64,000 nucleotides of DNA from Heptranchias perlo. Lineage: Eukaryota. The first letter of the stretch is position 1. Every line of letters begins with the position of its first letter. Location: assembly GCF_035084215.1 (NCBI RefSeq), contig NC_090340.1, positions 2,728,001 through 2,792,000 on the forward strand. The letters are read 5' to 3'. Both the position numbers and the translations under genes were made by a program. Below are positions 38,729 to 51,534 of the stretch, in pieces. A model generated the notes under the pieces. The model had not been told where the DNA came from. It made no database searches and worked only from the letters and a program-made list of their open reading frames with translations.

Positions 38729-40481
38729 TTCTGGTTGATTGGGAGGCTTTGCTCGAGAGAAATAAAAAAAATAAAAATAAAAGCTGAACTCCGATTTTTT
38801 TCTTCTTAAATAATAATTTTTACCATTTACCGTGCATGTAATGGAGTGATGTTTATGACATTTTCTTTTCTGTGTGTAGTCCAACTTACTTTATGGTGCT
38901 AGGGTTGACGAATGATCAAATTATAGATTCAACATCACAGACAACCCTAGTTGTTCCCAGGGTTGGTAAGGCATCTGATGCTAATCTTCGAACTTGTTTT
39001 TCCTATTTATGCAACCAAATATATATTACAGAGCCGTGATGGCCTGAAACTTCGGTGCACAAAACTCAGCTTTGTGTATGTTTATGTTCATAAAACATCT
39101 GTACAACTTTCAAAATTGACAGTCCCTGTGAGACATGAGGAGCTTGGGGATCTCATCACCGAATCTTTCCATTGATGTCCTTGATCGCCTGCAGATAGTG
39201 TTGAACGACCATCATTACCTAGTATAATGAGTTTCTCACTTTATTATTTTTCATCAGAATTATGGTTTTTTAATTGAAATTGTTCGGTAAAAGTAAAGGA
39301 CACTTGATTGTTTGAAAAGAGAGATAGAGAAAACGAGATGAATCAAAAAGCACCGATTAGATGATGCCCCAGTACCCCAACTCTCCCATGATACCATCCA
39401 TTCACATTTTCAATGAACGTAATAGTGTTGGTTCTGCAGCCCCTGCCCGAGAAGGATTACAGCTTCTGAGTAAAAAAAAACTTCCTGATGCCTCTTTTAA
39501 AAAATATTTCTTATAACCTGCTTATGACCTTGCATTTGGTGTAGTCATGTAACGCATTTTTTGATTAAAGACTTAAGAGGATTGGGGATATCCCCTGAGC
39601 GCTATGTGCAACAAAATAGTTTCATTGTGCAACGTGAAGAGGTGACAGGAAGGCATTTAATATATTTTTATTTTACCAGAACACAATCTTACAAGTAGAT
39701 TTATTACACAACAAAAATCAATAAAATAAGATAAGGCAAGAAATTTTCCCCATATTCTATGGTATTAATGCTCTTTCCTCTGGACATTCTGTTAACACTC
39801 GAAAAACAGCTACAAGGATAATAAGAAAATGAGAAAAGTCAAGGACCAGTAAAGACCGGTAGACCGACTGAAGCTCATCGCCCTCGTACCCCAGCTCTCT
39901 CATTAGAATACTCAGACACATTTACAACGCATCTAACAGTCTTGGTTCTGTAGCTCCTTTTAAAAAATATTCCAGTCTCTGGGTAAAAATGAAACTATAT
40001 CTTATTTGGTTCGTTATGTTTTGTCGTCTGATACTACTTCCGTGCTTTACTTTGAAATTCTGCATTCACCTTATCTGTGCTAGTTAACGTTTTATAAATC
40101 CCAGTAAGTTCCTAAATCAACTGCTTTCTTCCCAGCCTCTAACGCTTGACCTCATCTAGCAGTGCCCGCCTTGGCTCAGTAGTCACACCCTCCTCTCTGA
40201 GTTGGAAGGATAATGCTTCAATCCCCACTCAAAGACTTGAGCATATTTGTGCCCCATAAAGATTAAATCCGCGTTCTAAAATAAGGCCAAGGGGACAGTC
40301 AAACAGGAGCGCCGCTTCCAAATCCACTCTGGCCGTTAATTATTAACTATTATAAACTGCTATTCTCCACATTCTCCTTAGACTGGTTATTATTATTTTG
40401 CCTGTTATTGATGTCAGGTTAATGGGCCTGTAGTTGGATGCACACACACAAATAAAACGGGTTCGCCATTTGTCACGAATA

Positions 40482-40639
40482 TTACTTGGCTTTCCGTTCC
40501 GCGTAATTAACGTCGGATCTTTGCTTTTTCATCCGTAGCTGAGCGTACTCCGTGCTCTTTTCATTATATTTAGGCTTTGCTGTCTTCTTGGAGCCAGTCA
40601 AGCATAGGTCAGCTTGTTCTCGGGTGTCCTTTGCTTGGT
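40482..40639 (-). pseudogene. Frameshifted terminal cytoplasmic exon (TKQRTPENKLTYA* / LTGSKKTAKPKYNEKSTEYAQL...)
   Basis: Acceptor CCTTGATTTCACAG|; internal similarity to the preceding exon; TGA at 40598-40600, with TEYAQL in the shifted frame. Confidence 0.65.
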
Positions 40640-40840
40640 CTGTGAAATCAAGGGTTGGGCATCTCATTAGTTCGATAATTTACCTGTATGTAGGTTAGTG
40701 TTAATCATTAGAATAGCCGGAATCTCGCAGAATCAGCGTTAAATAGAACAGATTACCAAAGATCTATTAAGGCTATTCCTTGCTCTATCCAGCATGTCCG
40801 CAGGTAATCTGTGTCTCTTTGTACTGCTCCTCAGACCGAC

Positions 40841-40939
40841 CTGGGCATACACTGTCCTCTCTTGATGCTTTGGTCTTAGAGCTTTCCGCGAATTGGTTAT
40901 GTCTAGTGCAGCATAAGGCGCCATCACATCGTCCGATAT
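40841..40939 (-). pseudogene. Cytoplasmic tyrosine-motif exon (ISDDVMAPYAALDITNSRKALRPKHQERTVYAQ), probably of gene C
   Basis: Acceptor TTCATTCCATGCAG|, donor CAG|GTCGGT; 99 nt, phase 0-0; YAAL and TVYAQ motifs. Confidence 0.7.
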
Positions 40940-41717
40940 CTGCATGGAATGAAAGGCAAAAATATATCTTGTTATGTTATAGGTCAGATGCCGCTTTTAG
41001 GAGCTCCCTTTGCAGAACAATGCGAGCGGACACGAAAATCACGGGTCCAGAGTCCATGCATTAAATGAATGGAGGGAAATTCAGTCCCAGCCACACTCAA
41101 CTTCCCGGCTGGCGCTCCACGCCAGCGACGTCAGTGCCCAACAGGCGGAACCAGTCCTAATAACACAAATAGTCAAACAGCCTTGGAGAGGGTGAAGGGA
41201 GGTTTTCGTCTTTACCGTCTGGACTTTACGCATCGACAGGACTAAGCGTAGAAAAGAAAATGTAGCGGAGCCGATGCTGGCAAGGGAACCCGAAACATTT
41301 CCCTACCATTGAAATTAATGCAAAAAAATCTATCTCACCAGATTTCCCTTCCTGCGCTACGCCCAAGCGATGCTTAGGCAGGAAAAACGAAGATTTACCC
41401 CCAAAATTCCGCGGAATTACCGCTTGTCTCCCGCCCTCATTTTGCTGGGTGAACACCAGGGGCTCGAATTTAGCAGGCCTGCGGGTTCCCAGCGGGTGGT
41501 CCTCCGGGAGCGTCGAAAACGCGAACGGCGAAATTAGTGGGTTGCCCACGCGATCGCGGGATAATTGGACCCATTAAGCCCTGCTTCCGGGTTCTGCGCT
41601 CCCCAGCTGCGAGCCGGCCGGCTGCGCATGCGCAGTACCGTCGACGCGATGTAGGAGCTCCAGTTAAAGGGGCAGTCTCCCAAAGCCCCTCCTGCTGCAA
41701 GCAAGAGGTCTGGGAGA

Positions 41718-43489
41718 ATGGCTCAACAAAGGGGAAAGGCTGCGCCCCGTTTTTCAGATCTGGCACTGCAGCTGATGCTGGAGGGCGTGAGGAGGAGGAG
41801 GGAAACACTCTTCCCAGAAGATGGGCGCAAGTTCCCTGCCGCCGCAACCAGGAAGGCATGGGCAGAGGTGGCGGCGGAGGTGAGCAGCAGGGGCAACACC
41901 CCAAGGACTTGGGAGCAGTGCCGCAAGCGCTTCAATGACCTGACTAGGTCTGGCAAGGTGAGTACACCAACGCACCCTCCCACATCCCGTCCCCACCATC
42001 ACGCCAAGCAGATCACAACCCCCTCCTGCACAGCAACCACTGCGCTCCATCAGCAATCCTCACAGCCACTCATTCACCATCCTCGCCGTGCACGCAAGTA
42101 CCCACCGTCCCTGACCCCACCCGAACACTACCACACACCCCAATCCCCATGCAATGGGATGGCCATGTGGCCCACGCTTCCCCCCATCAGTTCCGCGCCA
42201 CGCTCAACCCAACCACACCGATGCTCGATGCGTCTCACGATGCAAGACGCACCCACTCACACATCTGTGTTTTGCCTTCACAGGAGAAGAGAAGCAAGAA
42301 AAATAGGGAAAGGGCACGCACCGGAGGTGGGCCGCCGCAAGTGGTGGAGCTGACCGACGCAGAGGTGGAGGCGCTCGACCTCGCCCGCACGCAACATTGC
42401 CTGTCGGTGGCCGATGGCGAGTGTGTCGCTGCCGAAACGGCCGGTCACCTGCCATCAGGCGCACTGTCAAGTTGGTCCACATGCTTCAAAGTGCCCTCTG
42501 TTCTCTTGCAGGTCCGTCTTTGGGTCAAGCGAGCGTGGAGGGCGATTCCTCAGAGGACATGGCGGTCTCTGAGGGTGCATTGTCACATCAGAGCCAACCA
42601 TCCACCAGCGCAGAGACACGCACCTCGGTGGGTCCCCCTCGCCATCTAGTTGGGGTAGCACTTGGTGAGTCACTGCGCACGAGTGAGCATGAGCAGACCC
42701 TGGTGGCAGGGGCAGCCGCGGAGGGTCCGCGATGGAGGGAGCACTCATCTCCAGGCTCTGCTCAGCCGGACCCAGATGCTGAACCCAGGGGGCCACCAGT
42801 GAAAAGGAGAGTCGTCGAGGGCCACCAGCTAATTGCTGAGGTACTGGCAGAGGTGCCGCGCGCATTGTCCACAATAGCGCAGGCGATGGAGGAGTCCACC
42901 TCCTGCATGTGGGCATTGGTGGCGCAGGCACAGGAGGGTACCGGCGACACAGTGTCGCGGGTAGGTGCGGGACTGTCTGCGGTGGAGGACAGGCTGGCCT
43001 CCCTCGAGCGTCACGCACAGCTCCACTTCGAGTCCTTGCAGGCCCTGACAACGTCTGTACGGATTCAGGGTGAGCAACATTCCGACGCCACCAACAGGCT
43101 GAGGGATACACTAGGGGTGGCCTTGCAAGGCCTCACACATGCCATGCAAACTGCCGTCCAGCAGGGTGGAAGGGGTGATGTGGGCCGAGGCCAAGAGAGG
43201 GATGATGGTGACCGGGGACATGGAAGCCCCCACGTCCCACCCGTCGCCCACCTCTCAACCAGTACCCGCAATGGTGCCTCCTCTCCAGGTGGCCGAGTCT
43301 GCCCCTGCCCCGGTGCAGGAGGAGCAGTCTGTGGAGGTGCCCTCACGGGCACCGAAACCCAGGGGCCGTCCGCCAAAAGCATCTACCCGGTCAAGGCAAG
43401 AAGACGAGCAACCTGCCACTACCTCTGCTGGAGCCACAGGGGTAGCACCACGTAGGGGTTCCCGGAGAAGAATTGCAAAGGCCTTATAA
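41718..43489 (+). CDS. Harbinger Myb/SANT-like DNA-binding protein (exons ~41718-41957, 42284-42443, 42512-43489; probable frameshift near 43225)
   Basis: APRFS..AWAEVA..RTWEQCRKRFNDL trihelix; donor AAG|GTGAGT; exon 2 EKRSKKNRERARTGGGPP; basic C-terminus PRRGSRRRIAKAL in a different frame. Confidence 0.82.
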
Positions 43490-43714
43490 TCACAAAGGGA
43501 ATACACCAGGGTGTTTATTATTTTGTACTTTGTTTCTTAAATGATGTCACATTCCAGATATTAAATAGTCTCTTCTCACCACTCCTGCCACCTCTCGTCC
43601 ATTCTTCCGCGGCTTGTGCAATAGTTGCGTTCCGTGGAGGCCATCATGACGGCGAACACCTGCTGCCACCCATTGGGCACACTGCTGTGGGTGCAGGATT
43701 ACTGGCAGCACTCT

Positions 43715-45043
43715 TCAGTGGAGGGGGCTGGTATGGCCGCTCGCATGTGCAGGTGAGGAGATGCGAGCGCCTCGCAGTGTCTGACTCTCGGAGAACCGTT
43801 GACGTATGAGTGCGTCCCTGGCCTGGCGACCATCCCGGTGAGTCGCGGCTCGGCGCATGGGTCGTCCAACATCCTCTGGCGCGTCCTCCTCCACCGCCTC
43901 CTCCTCCTCCGCCTCCTCCTCCTCCTCCTCCTCCTCGCCCTCGCCTTCCTCAATGTGGGTGGCGGGTGAGGATGGGGCCTCCTCCAGCGGCACCCCTCTC
44001 TGTTGGGCCATGTTGTGCAGGGCACAGCAGACAACTATGATTCGTCCCACTCTGAATGGTGTGTATTGGAGCGCTCCCCCAGAACGATCAAGGCACCTGA
44101 AGCGCATCTTGAGAAGCCCTATGGTCTGCTCAATTGTAGACCTGGTAGCAGTGTGGCTGTCATTGTACCGACGCTCCGGCTCGGTGATGGGGTTCCTCAG
44201 AGGTGTCATGAGCCACGTGTGGAGGGGATACCCCTTGTCGCCGAGGAGCCAGCCGTTGCCGGCGTTGGGTGCCTGCAGGATGGGCGGGACGGCGGACTCC
44301 CTGAGGATGAAGGCATCGTGGCAGCTGCCGGGGTATCTGGCGCACACGTGTAGGAATCTCTGGCGGTGGTCACAGATGAGCTGGGCGTTCATGGAGTGAT
44401 ACCCCTTCCTGTTGATGAACAGCCCTGGCTCATGCGGAGGTGCCCGTATTGCGATGTGGGTGCAGTCGATTACACCCTGCACCCGTGGGAAGCCGGCCAT
44501 GGCATGGAATCCAACCGCCCTCTCCATCTGGCTGCGCTCGTCCATGGCGAAGTTGATGTAGTGGGAGGCCCTGCGGAACAACCCATCGGTGACCTGCCTT
44601 ATGCACTTGTGTGCAGAGGACTGACAGACCCCGGTGATGTCCCCGGTGGCACCCTGGAAGGAACCGGATGCGAAGAAGTTGAGGGCAGTGGTGACTTTGA
44701 CGGCGACAGGTAAGAAGATGCTGCTTGGTCCATCACGGAGCAGCTCGTCGTTAAGGAGGCTGCAGATGTCGGCGACTACCTGGCGATTGACTCTGAGCCT
44801 CCGTATGCACTGCTCCTCGGAGAGGTCCATGAAGCTGAGCCTCGCTCTGTACACCCTGTGCGGAGGGTAGTGCCTCCTGCGACGCATCTCTCTCTGCGGT
44901 TGCCCTCCCTCCTGCTGTGCAGGTGGGTGTGCCGCAGCACCGTGTTGGGGGGCCCCACCTCTCCGAGGCGGACGGCGTGGACTGCGAGGCTGCTGGGGCT
45001 GGTCATCCTGTTCGTCCTCCAACGATGTCAACGCACCACCCAT
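43715..45043 (-). CDS. Harbinger DDE transposase (HARBI1-family nuclease)
   Basis: Open frame from MGGAL; motifs GVIDCTH, NRKGYHSMN, GSCHD, LLGDKGYP, TIEQTIGLLKMRF; acidic poly-E C-terminal tract. Confidence 0.92.
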   Translation of the reverse strand: MGGALTSLEDEQDDQPQQPRSPRRPPRRGGAPQHGAAAHPPAQQEGGQPQREMRRRRHYPPHRVYRARLSFMDLSEEQCIRRLRVNRQVVADICSLLNDELLRDGPSSIFLPVAVKVTTALNFFASGSFQGATGDITGVCQSSAHKCIRQVTDGLFRRASHYINFAMDERSQMERAVGFHAMAGFPRVQGVIDCTHIAIRAPPHEPGLFINRKGYHSMNAQLICDHRQRFLHVCARYPGSCHDAFILRESAVPPILQAPNAGNGWLLGDKGYPLHTWLMTPLRNPITEPERRYNDSHTATRSTIEQTIGLLKMRFRCLDRSGGALQYTPFRVGRIIVVCCALHNMAQQRGVPLEEAPSSPATHIEEGEGEEEEEEEEAEEEEAVEEDAPEDVGRPMRRAATHRDGRQARDALIRQRFSESQTLRGARISSPAHASGHTSPLH

Positions 45044-46244
45044 CTGGCAGGTGTTGGTGTGAGGGGTTGTGCAGGTTAGGTGGGTGGGTCCTCGGACTGG
45101 GGATGCGGTTTCGTGTCGGTCTGTCCTCTGGCTTGGCGGGGGTTGGTGGAGGGCAGGGGTTGCCCTATGTGACGCGGTGGCCTCCTGCGTGGGTGAGGGC
45201 TCTCCCCCGTGGAGCGCACCTTGGCACCTGCCACAGGCTGCTGGCTGCAACACGTCTGGTTTGAAAGGTACTGTTTCCCCCAGTGTGGGAGACTGACTGC
45301 GTTGAACCTAAAATCCCACACTTCCTCTTTTGACAGCTGCTTCAGCTCATTAACTGACCACAACGAGCAAGTTAAGTGCTCTCAAGTGGAACCCCGCTGG
45401 CTTTAATTGCCTGCGGGATTCCCACCAGCGGGGCTTGCGCGCGCAGGCCCGCACGTCAGCGCGGTACCCGGAAGTGGCCGGGATTTCGTCCGAATCCGGT
45501 CACGTGACCGGAGATCGGGATTTTCGGGCCCCCCCCCCCCCCCCCGCTGGAAACCCGCAGGTAACCCGACCGTAAAATCGAGCCCCAGAAGTCCAGGAGA
45601 AAGCGTGTAATAAGCTGAAAATTTTAATTCCGTTCTCTGGCAGTTCCATGGATATCCCGCCGAAGTGACGGAAATTTCTACGTTATAAAAATAAACAAAA
45701 ATAAGGGATCAAAGTTCATTCCTATAGCCATTTGATATGAATAGTCTGGTTGAAATTTCGTTGCAGCAAAAACTAGCAAAACTATTTAGATCGTTCATGA
45801 AATTGAGCTTTATACTGCAGTGGAAAATGTGTTTAATTATTATACAAAGAATATTATTTAATTAGCACAGGGGGACTTAAATAGGGCTTCAGGGCAATTT
45901 TCAGTAGTCAGGTCACTTTCAATATCTAAACAAATAAACAGCGAACATAATTCTGGAATCAATAATCAGAACATGGAATTCAGGAGGTTACATTAAAGCT
46001 TCAAAGTGAACTTCTGGACTACACTTAGAATCCTACTTTCGGATTTCAATTCATCCACAATGCCACATGCCTACATGTATGTCTATATTTACTATATTTA
46101 TATCTATTGATATATATATCTATTTATATATGTATATTTATGTATTTTTCTCTCTATATCTACAATAATACTTCTCTTTCTCTGTAAGGTCGACCCCGAT
46201 CACTCAAAGACGGAGATGAAGTAGGACCAGGGAATCAAATGAAG

Positions 46245-46640
46245 AACAAAGAATTACAACGAATGTACAGCACAGAAACTAGCCATTCGGCCCAACAGGT
46301 CTATGCTCGTGTTTATGCTCCATGTGAGCTTTTTTCCCGCCATTCTTCACCTAATTCTAGCAATATATTCTTCCATTCCCTTCTCCCTCATATGTTTATC
46401 TAGTCTTCCTCTTAAATGCATCTATGCTAATTACCTCAACCACTCCTTGTGGTAGCGAGTTCCACATTCCTACCACTCTCTGGGTGAAGAGGTTTCTCGT
46501 GAATGCCCTATTGGATTAGTTGGTGACTATCATATTGATGGCCCCTGGTTCTGGTCTCCCCGCAAGTGGAAACATCTTCTGTATGTTTACCCCGTCAAAC
46601 GCTTTCATAATCTTAAATACCTCTACCAGATAACCCCTCA
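46245..46640 (-). mobile_element. CR1 3' fragment
   Basis: 3' end similar to the other CR1 copies (GTACAGCACAGAAAC..GCCATTCGGCCCA). Confidence 0.75.
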
Positions 46641-48870
46641 GGGTAGGTGTGAGGGGCGTGTTGGCTAAGATATATCGGGAAATTAGATTAAAGGATATAA
46701 CGGTGGATAAGCAATCGCGAACATTTAAAGATATAATTCATAATTATCAACGAATATACATTCGCTTGAGAAATAAAAACTCCACGGGAAAAATGATCCA
46801 ACCATGTTTAACTAAAGAAGTTAACAACAGTAAAAGAAGAAGCTTATAACGTTGCTAAAAAGAATAGTAGGCCTGAGGATTGGGAGGGATTTAGAAATCA
46901 ACCAAGGGTGACCAAGAAATTGATAAAGAGGGATAAAATTGAAAATGAGAGTAAATTGAATATGAGAGAAAATTGAATATGAGAGTAAACTGGCAAGAAA
47001 TATGAAAACAGATTGAAAGAACTTCTACAAGTCTGTAAAAAGAAGGGGATTAGCGAAAGTAAACGTGGTCCCATAGAGGCAGAGGCGGGAGAATTTATAA
47101 TGGGGAAGAAGGAAATGGCAGAGACATTAAACAAATATATTATATCTGTCTTAACAGCAGAAAACACAAACAACTAAACAAAAAATGCTTGGCAACCAAG
47201 GGTCTAATGGGAGTGAGGAACTCAAAGAAAATAAAATTAGTAAAAAAGTACTGGAGAAATTAATTGGTCTAAAAGCCGACAAATCCCCTGGATCTGATGG
47301 CCTACATCCTAAGGTTTTAGAAGAGGTGACTCTATCCACCAAGTAATAGTGGATGCATTGGTTTTGATCTTCCCGAATTCCCTTGATTCTAGAACGGCCC
47401 TCGTGGATTGGAAGGTGGCACACGTAATCCTGCTATCCAAGAAAGGTGGGAGAGAGAAAACAGGGAACTACAGGCCAGTTAGCCTGGCATCCGCGGTAGT
47501 GAAAATGCTGGAATCTGTTATTAAGGACATAGTAAGAGGGCACATACAAAATCAGAATATGATTAGACAATGTCAACACGGTTTTTTGAAAAGGAAATCG
47601 TGTATGACAAATTTATTAGAGTATTTAAGGGATGTAACTAACAGGGTAGACAAGGGTATACCAGTGGATGTAGTATTTTTGGGTTTTCAAAATATTCGAT
47701 AAGGTACCACATAAGGAATTGTTATACAACATTAGGGCTCATGGGATTGGGGCATTATATTAGCATGGATTGAGGATTGGTTAATGGAGAGGAAACAGAA
47801 AGTAGGAATAAATTGGTTATTTTCAGCTCGGCAGGTTGTAACTAGTGGGGTGCTGCAAGGAGCAGTGCTTGGGCCTCAACTGTTTACAATTTATATTAAT
47901 GACTTAGAAGAGGGACCAAGCGTAATGCATCCAAATTTGCTGATGATACAAAGGTGGGAAAGTAAGCTGTGAGGTGGACAAAAGAAGTTGCAAAGGGATA
48001 TAGAAAGATTAAGTGGGTGGGTGAGAAGGTGGCAAATGGAGTATAATGTGGGGAAATGTGAAATTATCCACTTTGGTAGGAAGAATAGAAAAGCAGAATA
48101 TTTTTAAAAGGGTGAGAGACTAAGAAATGTTGGTAGTCAACGGGATTTTGGAGTTCTTGTACATGAATCACAAAAAGTTAGCGTGCAGGTATAGCAAGCA
48201 ATTAGGAAGGAAAATTGTATATCAGTCTTTAGTGCAAGGTGATTGGAGTATACGAGTAAGGAGATCTTGCTGCAATTAAATAGGGCTCTTGTGAGAACAC
48301 ACCCGGAGTACTGTGTACAGTTTTGGTCTCCTTACTTAAGGAATGATATACTTGCCTTAGATGGGGTGCAACAAAGGTTCACTAGATTGATTCCAGGGAT
48401 GAGAGGGTTGTCCTATGAGTTGAGATTGAGTAGAATGCGCTTATATTCTCTGGTGTTTAGAAGTGAGAGGTGATCTCCTGAAACATATAAAATTCTTAAA
48501 GGGCTGAAGAGGGTAAATGTTGTGAAGCTGTTTCCCCTGGCTGGACGGACTAGAAATAGTGGTCATAATCTCAAGATAAGGGGTCTGCCATTTAGGACCG
48601 ATATGAGCAAAAAATTCTTCTTCACTGAAGAAATGTGAATTTCTAGAATTCCCTACCCCAGAGGGCAGTGGATGCTCATGAGTATATTCAAGACTTAGGT
48701 GGATGGATATTTGGATACTAAGGGAATGAAGGGCTATGGGGATATGGTGGGAAAGTGGAGTTGAGATCGAAGATCATCCATGATCGTGTAGAATGGCGGA
48801 GCAGCTTCGAGGGGCCGTATGGCCTACTCCTGCTCCTATTATGTTCTTATTTTGTAATGTTCTTATGTTC
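46641..48870 (+). mobile_element. Decayed CR1 LINE
   Basis: DWKVAHV..GNYRPVSL, CQHGF, GVLQGAVLGP, EYCVQFWSP; ATGTTCTT tail. Confidence 0.9.
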
Positions 48871-49947
48871 TCAGTCTTCGCTTTTCTAGGGAAAAGAGCT
48901 CCAGCCTATTCAATCTTTCCTGATAGGTATAAGCTCTCACTTCTGGCATCATCCTAATAAATCTTTATTGCACCTTCGCCAGTGGCTCTATATCATTTTA
49001 TAAGTGTGTTGGCCAGAACTGTTCGCTGTACTACAAGTGTGGTCTAACCAAGGTTCCATACAAGTTTACTATAACTTTTCTGCTTTTCAATTTTATCCCT
49101 GTAGAAATTTACCACAATGCTTGGCGTGAGTTTTTATGGTCTTATTAACCTGCATCGTTACTTTTAGTGATTTGTGCATCAGTACTCTTAAATCCCTCTG
49201 CTCCTCCATCACGTTTAGATTCCTTTTCTTCAAGGAGTATGTGGCCTCCTTATCATTCCTAGCAAAACATACCACCTCACACTTATCTATATTGAAATTC
49301 ATTTGCCAATTACATGCCCATTACGCAAGTTTATTAATGTCTTCCTGTATTTTGCCACAGTCCTCCTCAATGTTGTCATCATTCACAAATTTTGAAATTG
49401 TACTTCTGCTTCCTGAGTCCAAATCATATATGTGTATGGTGAACAACAAAGTTCTCAGCACCGATCCTTGTGGACAATCACGTCCCACCCTTTACTAGTT
49501 TGAGTAACTAACTTTAACTCCGACTCTCCGTTTACACTTTGTGGCCAGCCTGTCAGCCATTCTGCTACTTATCCCTTGATTCCACATGCTCTGACCTTAG
49601 ACATGATTCTAATATGTGGTACCTTATCGAAGGCCTTTTGAGAATCCCAATATATTACATCTACTACATTGCTCTTGTCTACACTTTCTGTTACTTATTC
49701 AAAGAATTCAAAGACATTGGTCAAGTGTGACCTTCCCTTTTGAAATTCGGGATTTTTATTACCTTTTTGGTTTCTAGATGTTTCTCTATTTCATTTATGA
49801 GTATGGATATCATTATCTTTCCTAACACTGAAGTTAAGCTAATTGGCCTATAGTTCCCTGGACTTGTTCTATCTCCATTTTAAAATATAGGAATCACATT
49901 AGCAGTCTGTCAATCCTCTGGCAATATTCCCTTTTCTAATGAATTTT

Positions 49948-49980
<33 letters not shown>

Positions 49981-51530
49981 ATGTAACAGTGCCTCTGTTA
50001 GCTCTTCCCTAACTTCTTTTACCATGCGCAAATGCAAACCATCTGGACTTGGGGTTTTATCCTCTCTAATTTTGATTAGTTTATCAATTATCTCCCCCTT
50101 CCCATCTTAAATGTCTTTACATCTTATATGATCTCTTCTTCTAATGTCATACCCACCACATTAGTATCCCTGGTAAATACTGAAGCAAAGTATGTATTTA
50201 ATATTTCTACCATTTTGCTATCATTGTCTGTGAGTTTACCGTGTGTAACCCTTAGTGGTCCCATTCCTATCCTGATTTTTCTTCTGTTATTTATGTGTCT
50301 GTAGAATACTTTACTAATTTTTAGATATTCATTGATAAATTAATTTCATGGTTTCTTTTTGCTTTTCGATTTTCTTTTACTCCCTTCCTAACCTTTGCGT
50401 ATTCCCTTTTGCCATCTTTTCCTTTGTGGTCTATGTACTCACAGTATGCCTTTTTTTTTAGTTCCAATTTTGCCCTTATGTCTTTATTCATCTATGGTGC
50501 ATCATTACTGGCTAGTTTTTTGTTCCTTTTTAGTGGGGTATATTTCTCCTGCACTCTATTAATCACCGTTTTAAATGTTTCCTCTTGCTATTCTATTTCT
50601 TTGTTTGTCAGTAATGTTTATCAGTTTATTTTTCCTCGCTCAATTCTCATCCCCTCAAAAACAGTCCCCCCCCCCCGCCCCCAATTTATTACTTTGGTCC
50701 TTGTCTTACTTATGTCCTTCTCAATCTTTATCGTAAAACTTATTTTGATGTGCGTGCTTTTGCCTAAATGTTCCCCTATGCTTCATTCTCTTAACTGTTC
50801 TGCTCCATTTCCCATTACTAGTTCCAGCAGTGCTTCCTCTCTTGTTGGGCTTTTTACAACCTGGGTGAGAAATAAGTCCTGCACACATTGTAAATGTGCC
50901 ATTCCCTGTGCCCCTTTATCTGCCTCTTCTTGCCAATTTATTTGCGGTAGTTAAAATCTCCCATAATTATCATTCTATGCCCTTTACTCATTTCACATAT
51001 TTGCTTAGATATTTCTTCCTCTATCTCTTTTCCACTATTAGATGATCTGCAGTACCGCTATTAGCGTGATTGATTCCTTGTTATCCTTTGTTTCAATCCA
51101 CATGGATTCTGTTGCTATCTGTCTGTTACATCTGCCATTATATTATCCCTAATTAGCACAGTTATGCCACCCCCTTCATCCTTCCCTATCCTCCCTGATT
51201 AAGTTATAACCTGCAATATTTGGTTGCCAGTCCTTTTCTTTACGTAGCCACATTTCAATTATTTCTACTACATCTGGTTCCTCACTTTGGATTATTGCCC
51301 CTAGTTTCCTCATTTTATTTAGGCATAGTGTACATTGCTCTACTGGCAGTTTAAATCGTCTTTAGTAGTTGTTCCTTTTACTTTTACACTTTTTACCTTA
51401 TAATTGTTCTTATTTATCACTCCCGTTGTGTTTATTCCAGTTATTTTATTGTTTCCCAGACCTGGAGTATTTATGGCTTCTACAACATTGGCCTGGACTT
51501 CACTCTGGTCCCTTTTTCTTACACTGGTTT
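48871..51530 (-). mobile_element. Older decayed CR1 (APE-RT remnant)
   Basis: MNFNIDKCEVVCF; reverse-strand IMGDFNY at ~50950; NYRPISLT at ~49840. Confidence 0.8.
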
Positions 51531-51534
51531 TCAT

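Larger units (their letters stand above)
41460..45585. mobile_element. Near-complete PIF/Harbinger DNA transposon
   Basis: TIRs GGGCTCGAATTTA / TAAAATCGAGCCC plus subterminal CCTGCGGGTTYCCAGCGGG; CAG TSD at 41457-41459 and 45586-45588; two convergent genes. Confidence 0.93.

Noticed and set aside
42467-44870. Many overlapping antisense or alternative-frame ORFs
   Set aside because: Shadows of the GC-rich Harbinger coding sequence
43715-45253. Domesticated HARBI1 host gene; 512-aa ORF start
   Set aside because: Lies within TIRs and a TSD with a partner Myb gene; the first 70 codons precede an AG|ATG and look intronic
46189-46245. Plus-strand acceptor followed by STPITQ (V-exon start?)
   Set aside because: Wrong phase, early stop, no Cys or Trp landmarks
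50409-50954. 181-aa hydrophobic ORF
   Set aside because: Antisense of an A-rich decayed CR1
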